Positions 63,375 to 64,000 of a stretch of DNA of 64,000 nucleotides are shown piece after piece. Made by a program: the position numbers and the translations under genes. Positions within the stretch are counted from its first letter, which is position 1. Each line of letters starts with the position of its first letter. The notes under the pieces are model-generated. The model had not been told where the DNA came from, searched no databases, and saw only the letters and a program-made list of their open reading frames with translations. Origin of the DNA: a virus; the IMG/VR virus record IMGVR_UViG_3300043540_000091, positions 1 through 64,000 of that record; one strand, 5' to 3'.

Positions 63375-64000
63375 TTACTTTCCCCCTTTGGAGTGTATTA
63401 GCTTCTCGATATCACCGTGTCCTTCACCAGTGATGAAGAACTTATTTACCAGTTCACGTTCGCTCTTTTCGAGCTTGGTCATCGGGATCTTGCGAAGAGC
63501 ATCCTTAGCCTGTTGCGCAGTCATCGCCTTAACTTCACCGCCATTGCTGGCCGGAGCGTCAAGCTCAGATTTCTGGATCACCTGGATGTCAGTGATCGAC
63601 TTGCGCGAGGGCTTCGTCAAGACCTCGAAGGCCTTCACGATCTGCTCGTTGGCTTGCACCAGCTCACCAACTTGCTTCTTCAACGCTTCAATCTCAACGT
63701 CCTTTTCGGACTTGCCCATCTCAGCCGGAGCTGCGGCGGGTTCTGCAGCGGGTTCTGCGGCAGGAGCCGGAGCTGCGTCAGCAGCGCCTTCATCCTGTGC
63801 ATACGATGCTTGCAGGGCCTGACGGAGGATCGAGTAATGACGCTCGAGTTCTTCCGGAGGCATGCTTGAATAGATCTGCGACAGTTCTTCATCAGAAAGA
63901 GGAGCATCTTCTGCGCCAGCTTCCTGTTCAAGAGCCTGATCGCCTTCTGCGGCAGGAGCAGCATCGGCAGCGGGAGCGGCAGGAGCAGCATCGGCAGCGG
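63375..64000 (-). CDS. capsid scaffolding-like protein (5' end beyond window)
   Basis: frame stays open to the window edge (AADAAPAA repeats); acidic, Ala/Pro-rich, with MGKSE, IQKSE, LEKSE motifs; directly upstream of the capsid gene. Confidence 0.7.
   Translation of the reverse strand, partial: AADAAPAAPAADAAPAAEGDQALEQEAGAEDAPLSDEELSQIYSSMPPEELERHYSILRQALQASYAQDEGAADAAPAPAAEPAAEPAAAPAEMGKSEKDVEIEALKKQVGELVQANEQIVKAFEVLTKPSRKSITDIQVIQKSELDAPASNGGEVKAMTAQQAKDALRKIPMTKLEKSERELVNKFFITGEGHGDIEKLIHSKGGK

Noticed and set aside
62018-63433. 471-aa plus-strand ORF
   Set aside because: Antisense shadow of the capsid gene caused by codon bias; no recognisable motifs or RBS
1-64000. Stop-codon reassignment, diversity-generating retroelement or introns
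   Set aside because: Genes are long and tightly packed in the standard code; no reverse transcriptase, template/variable repeat pair or split core gene was noticed

Overview
This window is part of a large myovirus-type phage genome in the standard genetic code, probably with a Gram-negative host. The minus strand carries a Herelleviridae-like morphogenesis module: scaffold, major capsid, head-tail connectors, sheath, tube, chaperones, tape measure, baseplate hub, spike and wedge, and a 2183-aa baseplate-J. Islands of early or accessory genes interrupt it (DNA ligase, DEDDh exonuclease, 5'-3' exonuclease, CYTH, UDG-like, Rrf2, DUF932). Main highlights: (1) A ~14 kb late-promoter-driven cassette among the head-completion genes encodes multi-domain proteins whose domains are separated by a [LMVI]-x-K-[SATN] motif, also found at the capsid N-terminus and in the scaffold. 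The domains include a zincin, T3-SAMase-like, ART-like, Nudix, GNAT, 2H-like, degenerate mCpol-like, lytic transglycosylase and PI3K/HipA-like kinase. This suggests head-packaged effector polyproteins processed by the prohead protease. (2) A small gene fuses a Tat signal peptide to a truncated paralog of the phage's own tail tube. (3) A strand-biased CCTAATCTT motif precedes late operons. (4) A 1.47 kb IS has 23-bp inverted repeats, two passenger genes and a frameshifted transposase. (5) An atypical tRNA-Ser-like RNA is present. All family calls are by-eye motif recognition; no searches were run.
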